A stretch of DNA of 64,000 nt from an uncultured Alphaproteobacteria bacterium. Lineage in GTDB: Bacteria; Pseudomonadota; Alphaproteobacteria; JAJFIK01. A program made the position numbers and the translations under genes. Shown here in pieces: positions 27,817 through 37,707 of the stretch. Within the stretch, counting starts at the first letter, position 1; every line of letters begins with the position of its first letter. A model generated the notes under the pieces. That model saw nothing but the letters and a program-made list of their open reading frames with translations, did not search any database and was not told where the DNA came from. The stretch is from positions 20,017-84,016 of the forward strand of contig CAYYTT010000003.1 of assembly GCA_964474635.1 (NCBI GenBank). The letters run 5' to 3'.

Positions 27817-28566
27817 TCAAGAACTGCGCCGGCTGAAGATCGCCTCCAGGCTCGTCTGGTTCATGCCATGCTTGACGTAGTTATAGGGCGTGACATTGAC
27901 CGCCTTGATGATCCGCCGGGTGATCACCGGAGGATCGCCGGCCACATCCACGTCGATGACGTTGAGACAGGCCGTGTCCTGTTCGAACGGTCCGACGGCG
28001 GACAGGCCAGCGCCCGTGGCCCAGCCGAGCAGCAGGCGGTTCACCCCCTCATGGGCGACGACCAGCGCCGTTGTCCAGTCCGGGGCCACAAGAAACTCTT
28101 CCGCCCAGGCCGAGACCCGCGCATAGGCATCAACGAAGGGCTCTCCCCCCTCGCCGAGGGACGCCCCCGGCTGGTCCGCGCCCGCGAAGGCCTCGTAGAT
28201 CTGCCGAGACAGTTCAGACAAGTCGAAGATCTGCGCCCGCAGCCGCGCGCCGCCGCCGCGCAGTTCCCGGATACGCCCATCGTCGACCAGCCCCGGAGAC
28301 TCACCGATCTGATGGGAGAGCACGATTTCGGCCGTTTGGCGGGTGCGCGGCAGCCCTGAGCAGATGGCCCGGTCAAAGGTTACATGGGACAGGGCGATCC
28401 CGGCGGCCGCGGCCTCCTCACGCCCCCGTTCGGTCAACGGCACCGCGTCCGCGCCGCCGGTCAACCGGGGCGCGGAGAAGTAATCCACATGGCCGTGGCG
28501 CATGAGATAGAGCCGGCTGCGGCCTTTCGTGCCGGGCAGGGCCGGGATCGCGGCGGGTTCGGCCAT
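27817..28566 (-). CDS. histidine phosphatase (phosphoglycerate mutase-like) family protein
   Basis: LYLMRHGH (RHG catalytic motif) at N-terminus. ATG at 28566. Confidence 0.75.
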   Translation of the reverse strand: MAEPAAIPALPGTKGRSRLYLMRHGHVDYFSAPRLTGGADAVPLTERGREEAAAAGIALSHVTFDRAICSGLPRTRQTAEIVLSHQIGESPGLVDDGRIRELRGGGARLRAQIFDLSELSRQIYEAFAGADQPGASLGEGGEPFVDAYARVSAWAEEFLVAPDWTTALVVAHEGVNRLLLGWATGAGLSAVGPFEQDTACLNVIDVDVAGDPPVITRRIIKAVNVTPYNYVKHGMNQTSLEAIFSRRSS

Positions 28567-28569
28567 GGC

Positions 28570-29697
28570 TCAGATCACGCCTTCAGCGCGCAGGGCCGCG
28601 ACCTCGGTCGCCTTGAAGCCCCAGTCGATGAGCGCGCTTTCGGTGTGCTCTCCGATGGCGGGCGGCGGTCCCTGGACGGCCTCCTTGGTGCGGCTGAAGC
28701 GGGGCGCCGCGTTGGGCTGCACCACGCCGGCGACCTCAACAAAGGTGTCGCGGGCCGCGTTGTGGGGATGCTTTGGGGCCTCCTCGAGGGAGAGCACCGG
28801 CGCGAAACAGATGTCCGTGCCTTCCATGATCTTGCACCACGCGTCGCGGTCTTTCGATCGGAACAGGGTGGCCAGCTTGGCGCTCAGGGAGGGCCAGTGG
28901 TCCTTTTCCATCTGCTTGGAGAACTCCGGGTCGTTGATGCCGGCCTTTTCAAGCAATAATCCGTAGAACTGGGGCTCGATGGAGCCGACGGCCACGAACC
29001 GTCCGCAGGCGCACTCGTAAGTGTCATAGAAGTGGGCGCCGCCATCGAGCAGGTTCACATCCCGTTGGTCGGTCCACAGGCCGCTCGCCTTCATGCCGTA
29101 GAACATGGCCATCAGGGAGGCCGCGCCGTCGGTCATGGCCGCGTCGATCACCTGCCCCTGGCCCGAGCGCTGCGCCTCGAACAGGCCCGCCGCGATGCCA
29201 AAGGCAAGGTAAAGCGCGCCGCCCCCGAAATCGCCAACCAGGTTGAGCGGCGGCGGCGGCGGACTGTCGGGCCGGCCCATGGCATGGAGCGCGCCGCTGA
29301 CCGCGATGTAGTTGATATCATGGCCGGCCGCATGGGACAGGGGGCCGGTCTGGCCCCAGCCGGTCATGCGCCCAAAGACCAGCTTGGGATTGCGCGCCAG
29401 ACACACGTCAGGGCCGAGCCCAAGACGCTCCATGACGCCGGGCCGAAAGCCCTCCAGCAGGGCGTCGGCCTGATCGATGAGCTGGAGCACCGTCTCCACA
29501 CCCTTTGGGTTTTTCAGGTCGATGGCGACGGACCGGCGCCCACGTGAGGTGACATCGTATTTGGAGCCGCCCTTGGCTCCCTTCCGGTCGATCCGCACGA
29601 TCTCGGCGCCCAGATCCGACAGCAACATGGCGCAGAATGGGCCGGGCCCGATGCCGGCAAATTCCAAAATCTTGACGCCCGAAAGGGGACCAGCCAT
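28570..29697 (-). CDS. CaiB/BaiF family III CoA-transferase (alpha-methylacyl-CoA racemase-like)
   Basis: ATG at 29697. Family-typical [16 protein letters not shown]-terminus and conserved Asp region. Confidence 0.85.
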   Translation of the reverse strand: MAGPLSGVKILEFAGIGPGPFCAMLLSDLGAEIVRIDRKGAKGGSKYDVTSRGRRSVAIDLKNPKGVETVLQLIDQADALLEGFRPGVMERLGLGPDVCLARNPKLVFGRMTGWGQTGPLSHAAGHDINYIAVSGALHAMGRPDSPPPPPLNLVGDFGGGALYLAFGIAAGLFEAQRSGQGQVIDAAMTDGAASLMAMFYGMKASGLWTDQRDVNLLDGGAHFYDTYECACGRFVAVGSIEPQFYGLLLEKAGINDPEFSKQMEKDHWPSLSAKLATLFRSKDRDAWCKIMEGTDICFAPVLSLEEAPKHPHNAARDTFVEVAGVVQPNAAPRFSRTKEAVQGPPPAIGEHTESALIDWGFKATEVAALRAEGVI

Positions 29698-29830
29698 GGC
29701 GTTCTCCCGTATGTCTTTGTGAACGGCGCCCAAGGGCCCGTGTCTTTTGATGCGCGTAAGTCGCCTAAGATCCTCTTGGCACGCCGCCAAATGTCAACCA
29801 CCGCCCCCCCCCAACAGCGAGACGCTGCCC

Positions 29831-31378
29831 ATGACCGACGCTCCCGTCCCCGGCCGTTTCAACATTGCCCGCTACTGCCTGGGCCCGGACGCGGCGCGCC
29901 GGGACCCGGCCAAGACGGCGCTGATCGTCGTGGGCGACGGCGCGGCCCCGCCAGAGGCGGCCGAGCGCTGGACCTATGGCGCGCTTGATGAGGGCGTGCG
30001 CCGGGTGGCGGCGGGGCTTCAGGCCATGGGCATCGCGCCGGGCACACGGATTATGATCCGCCTGGAGAACACCAGCGATTATCCCCTGCTTTTCTTTGGG
30101 GCCATGGCCGCAGGCTGCGTGGCCCTGCCCACGTCTTCACAGCTCACCGAGAAAGAAGCCCGGTTTGTGCTGGAGGACTCCGGGGCACAGGTTCTGGCGG
30201 CGGCGCCGGATTTGACGCTGGAGCGGGTGCCGGACGGGATCCGCGTTCTCGATGCCGCAGCGCTTGAGGCCCTGAAGGCCCATGATCCGGCGCCGGACTA
30301 TGCCGACACGGGCGCCGAGGATCCGGCCTTTCTGGTCTACACGAGCGGCACCAGCGGACGGCCCAAGGGCGTGCTCCACGCGCACCGCTCCGCCTGGGGA
30401 CGCCGGCCCATGTATCAGGGCTGGTACGGCATCCGGCCCGATGACGTGATCCTGCATGCCGGCGCCTTCAACTGGACCTATACGCTCGGCGTTGGCCTGA
30501 CCGATCCGTGGGCCAATGGAGCCACCACGGTCGTCTATAATGGGGCCAAGGACGCGGCCCTCTGGCCGGCGCTCATCCGCCGCTACGGCGCCAGCCTGTT
30601 CGCGGCCGTGCCCTCGCTTTATCGCCAGATCCTGAAATACGCCGACGAGGACCGGGCCGCGTTTGACGGCCTGCGCCATGGCCTTACCGCCGGCGAGGCG
30701 CTGGCGCCCACCCTTGCCGAACGCTGGCGGGAGGCAACCGGAACAGCCCTTTATGAGGCGCTCGGCATGAGCGAGTGCTCAACATATGTTTCGTCATCGC
30801 CAAGCGTGCCGCCCAAGCCCGGTTCGCCTGGCAAGCCCCAGGCCGGTCGGCGCGTGGCCATTCTGCCCCTGGAGGGCGGCGATACACCCCTGCCCGCAGG
30901 CACGCCGGGGCTTCTTGCCGTGCACCGGTCCGATCCCGGCCTCATGCTGGGCTATTGGAACCGGCCGCAGGACGAGGCCGAAGTCTTCCGGGGCGACTGG
31001 TTCGTCGGCGGTGACGTCGCCGCGCTCGATGAGGATGGGTATCTGTGGTTCCAGGGGCGTGCCGACGATCTCATGAACGCCATGGGCTACCGGGTTTCGC
31101 CGGAAGAAGTCGAAACCACCCTGATCGCGCACCCGGATCTGGCGGAGGTGGCCGTGACAGAACTGAAGGTGCGCGCCGACGTGTCTGTGATCGCGGCCTT
31201 TTGTGTGGCCCGTGACCCCGAGGCTCCACCATCGCGCGAGGCGGTCCTTGAATACGCGCGGGAAAACCTGGCGAACTATAAATGTCCGCGTGAAATCGTG
31301 TTTCTCAAAACCCTGCCGAGAACCGGCAATGGGAAAGTGATCCGCCGCGCCCTGCCCCAGGCGGCGGCGGGCACGTGA
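29831..31378 (+). CDS. AMP-forming acyl-CoA synthetase
   Basis: ATG at 29831. YTSGTSGRPKG AMP-binding motif. C-terminal PRTGNGKVIRR Pat-acetylation-type motif. Confidence 0.85.
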   Translation: MTDAPVPGRFNIARYCLGPDAARRDPAKTALIVVGDGAAPPEAAERWTYGALDEGVRRVAAGLQAMGIAPGTRIMIRLENTSDYPLLFFGAMAAGCVALPTSSQLTEKEARFVLEDSGAQVLAAAPDLTLERVPDGIRVLDAAALEALKAHDPAPDYADTGAEDPAFLVYTSGTSGRPKGVLHAHRSAWGRRPMYQGWYGIRPDDVILHAGAFNWTYTLGVGLTDPWANGATTVVYNGAKDAALWPALIRRYGASLFAAVPSLYRQILKYADEDRAAFDGLRHGLTAGEALAPTLAERWREATGTALYEALGMSECSTYVSSSPSVPPKPGSPGKPQAGRRVAILPLEGGDTPLPAGTPGLLAVHRSDPGLMLGYWNRPQDEAEVFRGDWFVGGDVAALDEDGYLWFQGRADDLMNAMGYRVSPEEVETTLIAHPDLAEVAVTELKVRADVSVIAAFCVARDPEAPPSREAVLEYARENLANYKCPREIVFLKTLPRTGNGKVIRRALPQAAAGT

Positions 31379-31469
31379 GGCGGCTCAGCCGCCCGATGGT
31401 CAGGGGCATTTGCCGATTGCACCATCCTCCCGTACGCTAGCCAGAAAAATCGTCTGGGGAGGAACGACC

Positions 31470-32450
31470 ATGACCGTCCATGACTTTCCAGGGCGCTTCG
31501 TCCAGATCGAGACCAACGGGCTTTCCTTGCGCGCCCGCGTGGCCGGGGACGGCCCGCCGGTCATCCTCGTGCACGGATTTCCAGAGTCCTGGTATTCATG
31601 GCGCCACCAGATCGGACCCATTGCCGAGGCCGGCTTCACCGCCATCGCCATCGACGTGCGCGGATATGGCGGCAGCGCAAAGCCTCAAGCGGTCGAGGCT
31701 TACGACATGGGCAGTCTGACCGGCGATGTGGCCGGTCTTGTGGACACCCTGGGCCTCGGGCCGGCCGTGTTGATCGGGCATGACTGGGGGGCGCCCATTG
31801 TCTGGAACACTGCGCTGGTCCACACGGGCCATGTGCGGGCCGTGGCCGGCCTGTCGGTGCCCTTCACGGGCGTGCCGCCGGTCCCCTTTATCGACATGGT
31901 ACGGAAAATCTTTACCGAGAAGGGGCGGTTTTTCTATCAAGTCTATTTCCAGGACGTCGGCGTGGCCGAGGCCGAACTGGAAGCCGATCCGGCGGCGTCT
32001 TTGCGCAAATTTATCTACGCCATCAGCGGCGATGCCCCAGACGGCACCTGGCCGAACGACAAGCCCCACGGGGCAAGCCTGCTGGAGCGCCTGCCCGACC
32101 CCTCGCCCTTTCCGGCCTGGTTGAGCACGCAGGACCTCGCCTACTACACGAGCCAGTTCGTGGCATCGGGCTTTCGCGGGCCCTTGAACCGGTACCGGAA
32201 CCATGAGCGGGACTTCGCCTGGCTGGACCCCTTCCGCACACGGCGGATCGAGCAGCCGTCCCTGTTCATCGGAGGTACCCGGGACCTGGTCCTGAAAATG
32301 CTGCCCGGCGTCGACGTGGTCGAGGCCATGGGCCCGCACATGGCGGACTTACGCGGCTGTCACGTGCTTGAGGGGTGCGGACACTGGACCCAGCAGGAGC
32401 GCCCCGAAACGGTCACACGCCTCATTGTCGAGTGGCTGAACACCCTCTGA
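31470..32450 (+). CDS. alpha/beta hydrolase (epoxide hydrolase-like)
   Basis: ATG at 31470 with GGGAGG upstream. HGFPESWYSWRHQ motif and nucleophile GHDWGA. Confidence 0.8.
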   Translation: MTVHDFPGRFVQIETNGLSLRARVAGDGPPVILVHGFPESWYSWRHQIGPIAEAGFTAIAIDVRGYGGSAKPQAVEAYDMGSLTGDVAGLVDTLGLGPAVLIGHDWGAPIVWNTALVHTGHVRAVAGLSVPFTGVPPVPFIDMVRKIFTEKGRFFYQVYFQDVGVAEAELEADPAASLRKFIYAISGDAPDGTWPNDKPHGASLLERLPDPSPFPAWLSTQDLAYYTSQFVASGFRGPLNRYRNHERDFAWLDPFRTRRIEQPSLFIGGTRDLVLKMLPGVDVVEAMGPHMADLRGCHVLEGCGHWTQQERPETVTRLIVEWLNTL

Positions 32451-32570
32451 CATCCCGCGCCCAGGCAGAGCCCGGCATACTTGACGGCCCCGCGCACGGC
32501 TTCACAATCGAATGACAATCACGTCCGGCACGAGACTTTGCCCGGCCCAAGCACGAGCAGGAGGACGCCC

Positions 32571-34151
32571 ATGACCGACACCCCGACCCCGCAAGCCCCA
32601 ACGGAGGACGGCCTCACGCTCCTCGCCGCCGCCGTGGGTCCCAAGCTGGCGGTGATCGACGACCGGCCGGACGGAACCGTCATCACGTGGACCTTCGCCG
32701 AGTTGGAAGCCAATGCGAACCGGCTCGCCCATGTGCTGCGCTCCCACGGCGCCGGCAAAGGCACCAAGGCCATGGTCTGTGGCCAAAACTCGACCTGGGT
32801 TGTCGCCTTTGGCCATGCCTGCCGCAAAATCGGGGCGATTTCCGTGCCCCTGAACTATCGTCTGACGCCGGAAGAGGCCGCCTATGTGGTGGACAATTCG
32901 GACTGCGAAGTTGCGCTGATCGATGCGGAATTCGCCGGCCTGTTCGCCCAGATCCGCCCCCAGGCGCCGCAGCTGAAGACCGTTCTGGTGTTCGACGGCA
33001 CGCCGGGACCGGGCATGCTCGATGCCGCAACCGCCCTTTCGGCCGCGCCCGACGTCCCCCCCGGTCCGCCCCTTGAGGACGCGGGCGGCACGATGATTTA
33101 CACCTCCGGGACCACCGGTAAGCCCAAGGGCGCCGTGCGCCCCCGGGTGGGCGATCCCACGCTCATGGCGAATATGATTGGCGAGATCGGCTACACCAAC
33201 GAGGACGTCTACCTCACCACCGGGCCGCTCTATCACTCCGGTCCCGGCGGCTTCATGGCCATCGCGCACATGCTCTCCAACACCGTCGTGGTGCAGCGCA
33301 AATTCGACGCCGAAGACTGGCTGCGCCTTGTGGAAAAGTACAAGGTGACCTCCACCTTCGCGGCGCCAACGCCGATCCGCCGGGTCTGTCAGTTGCCGGA
33401 GAACGTGGCGAAGAAATATGATGTGAACAGCATGCGGATCATGATCGCCAATGCGGCGCCCTGGTCCTTTGCCCTCAAAAAGCTGTATCTGGAACGCTTC
33501 CCCGCCCGTTCGCTTTTCGAAGTGTATGGCTCCACCGAACTTGGCGTGAACACGATCCTGCGGCCCGAGTACCAGCTTTCCAAGCCGGGCTCGTGCGGGC
33601 GCCCCGCGCCAGGGGTGGAAATCGTGCTGTTCGACGAAAACGGCAACAAGATCACCGAGCCCAATGTTCAGGGCGAGCTTTTCGTCCGCTCGCCGAACAC
33701 CTTCGCCACCTATTACAAGGCGCACGACAAATTCGAAGAGGACCGGCGGGGCGACTACCAGACCGTGGGTGACATCGCCTATTTCGACGAGGAAGGGTTC
33801 ATCTTCATCTGTGACCGGAAAAAAGATATGATCATTTCCGGCGGGGTGAACATCTATCCGGCCGAGATCGAAGACGCCCTTGAGCATCACCCGGACATCA
33901 TGGATGTGGCCGTGTTCGGAATTCCGGATGAGGAATGGGGCGAGGCGGTCCATGCGGTCGTGGTCGTGCGTCCGGGGACGGACCTGCCGCCCGAGGCCAT
34001 TCAGGCCTTCGCGCGCGAGCACTTGGCCGGCTACAAGGTGCCGCGATCGATTTCCTATATCGACGAGATCCCGCGCACCGGTTCGGGCAAGACCCTCAAG
34101 CGCGACCTGCGCAAGCCCTTCTGGGACAACTACGACAAGGGCGTCGCCTGA
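32571..34151 (+). CDS. AMP-forming acyl-CoA synthetase
   Basis: ATG at 32571 with GGAGGA upstream. YTSGTTGKPKG motif. C-terminal PRTGSGKTLKR motif. Confidence 0.85.
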   Translation: MTDTPTPQAPTEDGLTLLAAAVGPKLAVIDDRPDGTVITWTFAELEANANRLAHVLRSHGAGKGTKAMVCGQNSTWVVAFGHACRKIGAISVPLNYRLTPEEAAYVVDNSDCEVALIDAEFAGLFAQIRPQAPQLKTVLVFDGTPGPGMLDAATALSAAPDVPPGPPLEDAGGTMIYTSGTTGKPKGAVRPRVGDPTLMANMIGEIGYTNEDVYLTTGPLYHSGPGGFMAIAHMLSNTVVVQRKFDAEDWLRLVEKYKVTSTFAAPTPIRRVCQLPENVAKKYDVNSMRIMIANAAPWSFALKKLYLERFPARSLFEVYGSTELGVNTILRPEYQLSKPGSCGRPAPGVEIVLFDENGNKITEPNVQGELFVRSPNTFATYYKAHDKFEEDRRGDYQTVGDIAYFDEEGFIFICDRKKDMIISGGVNIYPAEIEDALEHHPDIMDVAVFGIPDEEWGEAVHAVVVVRPGTDLPPEAIQAFAREHLAGYKVPRSISYIDEIPRTGSGKTLKRDLRKPFWDNYDKGVA

Positions 34152-34212
34152 TCTCTCGTCGGTCAGTGCACCCATTGGTTGACAGCTTGAGCGCGGGGCG
34201 AGTCCTTCGCAC

Positions 34213-34330
34213 CGCGCTCAAGATTTCGTCGCCGCACTCAAAGCTTCGTCACCACGCCCAAGACTTCTTCACCGCACTCAAAGCTTCGTCACCACGCCCA
34301 AGACTTCTTCACCACGCTCAAAATTGGGGC
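34213..34330. repeat. about 6 x 20 bp degenerate tandem repeat, forming 2.5 x 40 bp higher-order units (cgcactcaaagcttcgtcac / cacgcccaagacttcttcac)
   Basis: Direct reading; downstream of the acyl-CoA synthetase stop. Confidence 0.9.
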
Positions 34331-34526
34331 CCGGCGCTGCTGCGCCGCCCGCGCGGCGCGCCGCCCAAAGCGCGATAGAAACGTGTGAGTGCGCCAAAAC
34401 CGAGCGGCGGCGTGCTGCACACAGAGTGATCTTGGCCTTCTCGCTCGGAGTGATAGGACAGGCTCTCCCGGGCCCATGGGTGGCTCGGGAGATTGTTTCG
34501 CACTTCACCGATGTCGCTGAGCGGGA

Positions 34527-35699
34527 TTACGCGGGCGGCCCGTCCGCCTTGACGGTCTCGTCCTTTTTCTCCTGGGAAGCCGGCTTGTCGATGAACTGGG
34601 CGTTTTCGGCCCGAATCCGCGCGGCCATGTCGTCGTAGAGGAACGGTAAAAAGGCGAAACGGCGACCCCGCGTCATCTTCGTGACTTGGTGCAGGAGGGA
34701 ACAGGAAAACACCACGGCCCCACCCTTCGGCGGCTTAAAGCTGCGCGGCCCGTATTCGGGGAAACAGATCTCCCCGCCGTCAAAATCGTCATTGAGATTG
34801 ATCGAGACCGCAAAGCGCCGGTGCGCGGTGCCCTTCGTCGTGTTGTCCCGGTGCGCCGAGAAATGCCCGCCATCATCGGCCGCGTAGCAAGACACGATAT
34901 AGCGTTCCATGCGTGTGACCTTAAACTGGTGGATCTTGGCGATTTCCGGCACCACCCGATGCAGGACCCGGCTTTGCAGGCGGCTGATCAGCGCCTGATC
35001 CTTAATGGTCACGTCCCGCCGGCTTTTGAAGCTGTGGTCGCGGATGCCCACCGTGCGCCCGCCCACCTCTCGCATGAAGCCGCTGTCCTCACCGCCGTCG
35101 TCCTCATAAAGATCGATCAGTTCCTGGCACAGCTCCGGCTCGAACACGCGGGGCAGAAACAGAATCGGCGCCTGCAGCTCAAGGCCCGCATGGCGCTCGG
35201 GCGGCGGCAGTCCCTCCATCACTTCCATGAACCGGGCGATGTCGCTTCGGTCCTCCCGGAAGGGGATCGCTTCGATAATCCGCATCGTGGGGTCGATGAC
35301 GACCCACTGGCGCACCAGGGCCTGGCGCAGGGTCTCCGGCTCGCCGTCCTCGGCCGCCACCCGGTAAAGCCGTGCGGCCGTCAGGTCCCCGTCCCAGAAG
35401 TGGCGGAACCCGGGAAGGCGGCTCGCCACCCGTCCTTGCGCCTCGTCCTCCGGGTCGGCGCTGACCCCGAAAAAGCAGGCTTTCCTGTCGTCGAACAGAT
35501 CGGTCCGCTGATAGGCGGCCTCGAGGGCCGCTTTAGCGTGGTCGTCCTGCGCGCTGCCGAAAAAACACAGCACCAGGTAGCGCCCGGCGGCGGTGTCGAA
35601 ATTGTATTTTGGGTTTGACGTGTTGCGCTGCACAAAGCTTGGCGCGGCTTCGCCGGGCTCAAAGGGGCGTTTTGGGGCGGATGGGGATGGAGTGGACAT
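34527..35699 (-). CDS. Fe(II)/2-oxoglutarate oxygenase (prolyl-4-hydroxylase-like) with N-terminal redoxin-like domain
   Basis: ATG at 35699. C-terminal H-x-D ... H ... R-x-x-F pattern (AHRD, LLHQV, RGRRFAF). N-terminal AhpC/TSA-like YLVLCFFGS. Confidence 0.7.
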   Translation of the reverse strand: MSTPSPSAPKRPFEPGEAAPSFVQRNTSNPKYNFDTAAGRYLVLCFFGSAQDDHAKAALEAAYQRTDLFDDRKACFFGVSADPEDEAQGRVASRLPGFRHFWDGDLTAARLYRVAAEDGEPETLRQALVRQWVVIDPTMRIIEAIPFREDRSDIARFMEVMEGLPPPERHAGLELQAPILFLPRVFEPELCQELIDLYEDDGGEDSGFMREVGGRTVGIRDHSFKSRRDVTIKDQALISRLQSRVLHRVVPEIAKIHQFKVTRMERYIVSCYAADDGGHFSAHRDNTTKGTAHRRFAVSINLNDDFDGGEICFPEYGPRSFKPPKGGAVVFSCSLLHQVTKMTRGRRFAFLPFLYDDMAARIRAENAQFIDKPASQEKKDETVKADGPPA

Positions 35700-35873
35700 G
35701 GGACGAAAACCTCGAATGCACCCGCCCTCGGCGGGCCGGGCCGCCGCACCAAGCCTCGCAGCCCAAGTCAATCATCCCTTTTATACAATGACTGGCCTGT
35801 AAATATAGAAGCCCGTTAAGGACGCGACGCAGCCGGACTGGCCGCCGTCAATCGCCCCTTCCGCATCGCTCCC

Positions 35874-35935
35874 CAGGCACTGCCCTTGGGCACTGCCCCA
35901 GGCACTGCCCTAGGCACTACCCATAGGCACCGCCA
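35874..35935. repeat. 5 x 12 bp tandem repeat (aggcactgccc-)
   Basis: Direct reading; between divergent genes. Confidence 0.85.
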
Positions 35936-35992
35936 TTGACTTTCGCCGATAGCTGGGCGAGCCAAACGCCAAGTCTTTCTGTGGAGTAGGTC

Positions 35993-37402
35993 ATGGCGCG
36001 TTATCTGTTTTTGCATCCCAATTTACCCGGCCAGTACAAACATCTCGCCCCGGCGCTCGCGTCGGACCCAAAAAACGAAGTGGTCTTCGTGACCGAGAGC
36101 ACGGTTCGGCGCACCCTTGATAACGTGCGCAAGGTCACCTACGCCGTACCCCAGGACAAGGGCAAGCCCCATCTGTATGCGGATGTATTCAATACGGCGA
36201 CGGCCACCTCGCAGGTCGTGGCCAAAACGCTCCTTGATCTGAAAAAAGACGGCTTTGTGCCCGACGCGGTCATCGGCCATCTGGGGTGGGGCCAGGGCCT
36301 TTACGTCAAGGACGTCTTTCCCGACACGAAGATCCTGAATTTCTTTGAATATTATTACAATTCCGAGGGCGGTTCGGCCGGTTTCCTGCCGGGCGAGGAT
36401 TTGGACATCGGCGCCTCGGCCAAGTTGCGCAGCCGCAACGCGCCCCTGCTCATGAGCATGCGGGACGCGGATTGGGCCACGGCTCCCACGATCTTTCAAT
36501 TCCGTCAGCACCCGCGCGAATACTGGTCCAAGATGTCGCTGCTCCATGACGGCGTTGACGTGGACGCCGCCCGGCCCGGCCCGGCGCGCGCGCTCACCCT
36601 TCCCAATGATGGCCCGACCCTGTCGCCGGACGATGAAGTGGTGACCTTCATTTCACGGAATTTCGAGCCCTATCGGGGCTTTCCCACCTTCATGCGCGCG
36701 GCAAAGGCGCTGCTCAAGGAGCGGCCCAAGGCGCACATCATCTTTGTGGGTCAGGAAGGCGTCAGTTACAGCCGGCGCACGCCCGAGGGCATGACCTATC
36801 GCCAGATCATGGAAGCGGAGGTCAATCTCGATCCCGAACGCACCCATTGGCTCGGCTATCTTCCGCACCATGAGATGATCCGCATCATGCAGCTCTCCCG
36901 GGCCCATGTGTATCTCACGGTTCCCTTCGTGCTGTCCTGGTCCATGCTGGAGGCCATGGCCACGGGCTGCGTCGTGGTCGCGTCCAACACGCCGCCCGTC
37001 CTTGAGGTCATCGAACACGGGCACAACGGCATCATTTGCGATTTCTTCCGCCCCGACGACGTGGTGGCCAAGATCATCGATGTGCTCGAAGCCCCTGACA
37101 AAATGGCGGATCTGCGCCGGGAGGCCCGCAGCACCATCATCCGGCGCTATGCCCTTGACGTGACCCTGCCCTTCCATGTGGGCCTCGCCAAGGACCTGGC
37201 CGAGGGACGCACGCCGCCGCCGACGGCGGACAAGATCCTGCAATTCAACCGCCTGCACGATCAGGACCCGGAAAACCCGCCGGCCCGCATGAACAACTGG
37301 CCAAAACCACCCGCCGAAATGACCGACTACCTGGACATGTCGATCGTGCAGCGGCTGAAAAAGGAGCTGGACGCCAAGAAATCCAAGGCGAAACCATCCT
37401 GA
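35993..37402 (+). CDS. glycosyltransferase family 4 (GT-B, group 1)
   Basis: ATG at 35993 with GGAGTAGG upstream. C-terminal E-x7-E region (SWSMLEAMATGCVVVAS). Confidence 0.8.
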   Translation: MARYLFLHPNLPGQYKHLAPALASDPKNEVVFVTESTVRRTLDNVRKVTYAVPQDKGKPHLYADVFNTATATSQVVAKTLLDLKKDGFVPDAVIGHLGWGQGLYVKDVFPDTKILNFFEYYYNSEGGSAGFLPGEDLDIGASAKLRSRNAPLLMSMRDADWATAPTIFQFRQHPREYWSKMSLLHDGVDVDAARPGPARALTLPNDGPTLSPDDEVVTFISRNFEPYRGFPTFMRAAKALLKERPKAHIIFVGQEGVSYSRRTPEGMTYRQIMEAEVNLDPERTHWLGYLPHHEMIRIMQLSRAHVYLTVPFVLSWSMLEAMATGCVVVASNTPPVLEVIEHGHNGIICDFFRPDDVVAKIIDVLEAPDKMADLRREARSTIIRRYALDVTLPFHVGLAKDLAEGRTPPPTADKILQFNRLHDQDPENPPARMNNWPKPPAEMTDYLDMSIVQRLKKELDAKKSKAKPS

Positions 37403-37707
37403 CCACCGCGTCATGACCTAGGGGAATGGACGTGGGGCAACAGCGATTTTGCTGCACCGCACACACCACTTTTAGGAATGGATAAGTCAAGACATCTCTG
37501 TTCGGAATCTTACTCAAGAAGAAAGTGCATATGAACGCACGGGGCGAGGCCAAAACCGGGGCTCGGCTTTGTCTCACGGCGGCGTGAGTCCTTAGAGGTG
37601 TTCAAAAAAAATCTCGTGACGCATCCCAAATCTCGGGGTTAACGTAGCGTTACGGAAAAAGCAGACCTTGGGGCGAGATGCGTCCGGCGGGTCACGGGAG
37701 GGTAACG

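Noticed and set aside
32502-34175. 557-aa minus-strand ORF over an acyl-CoA synthetase
   Set aside because: Antisense shadow. AMP-binding motifs are on the plus frame.
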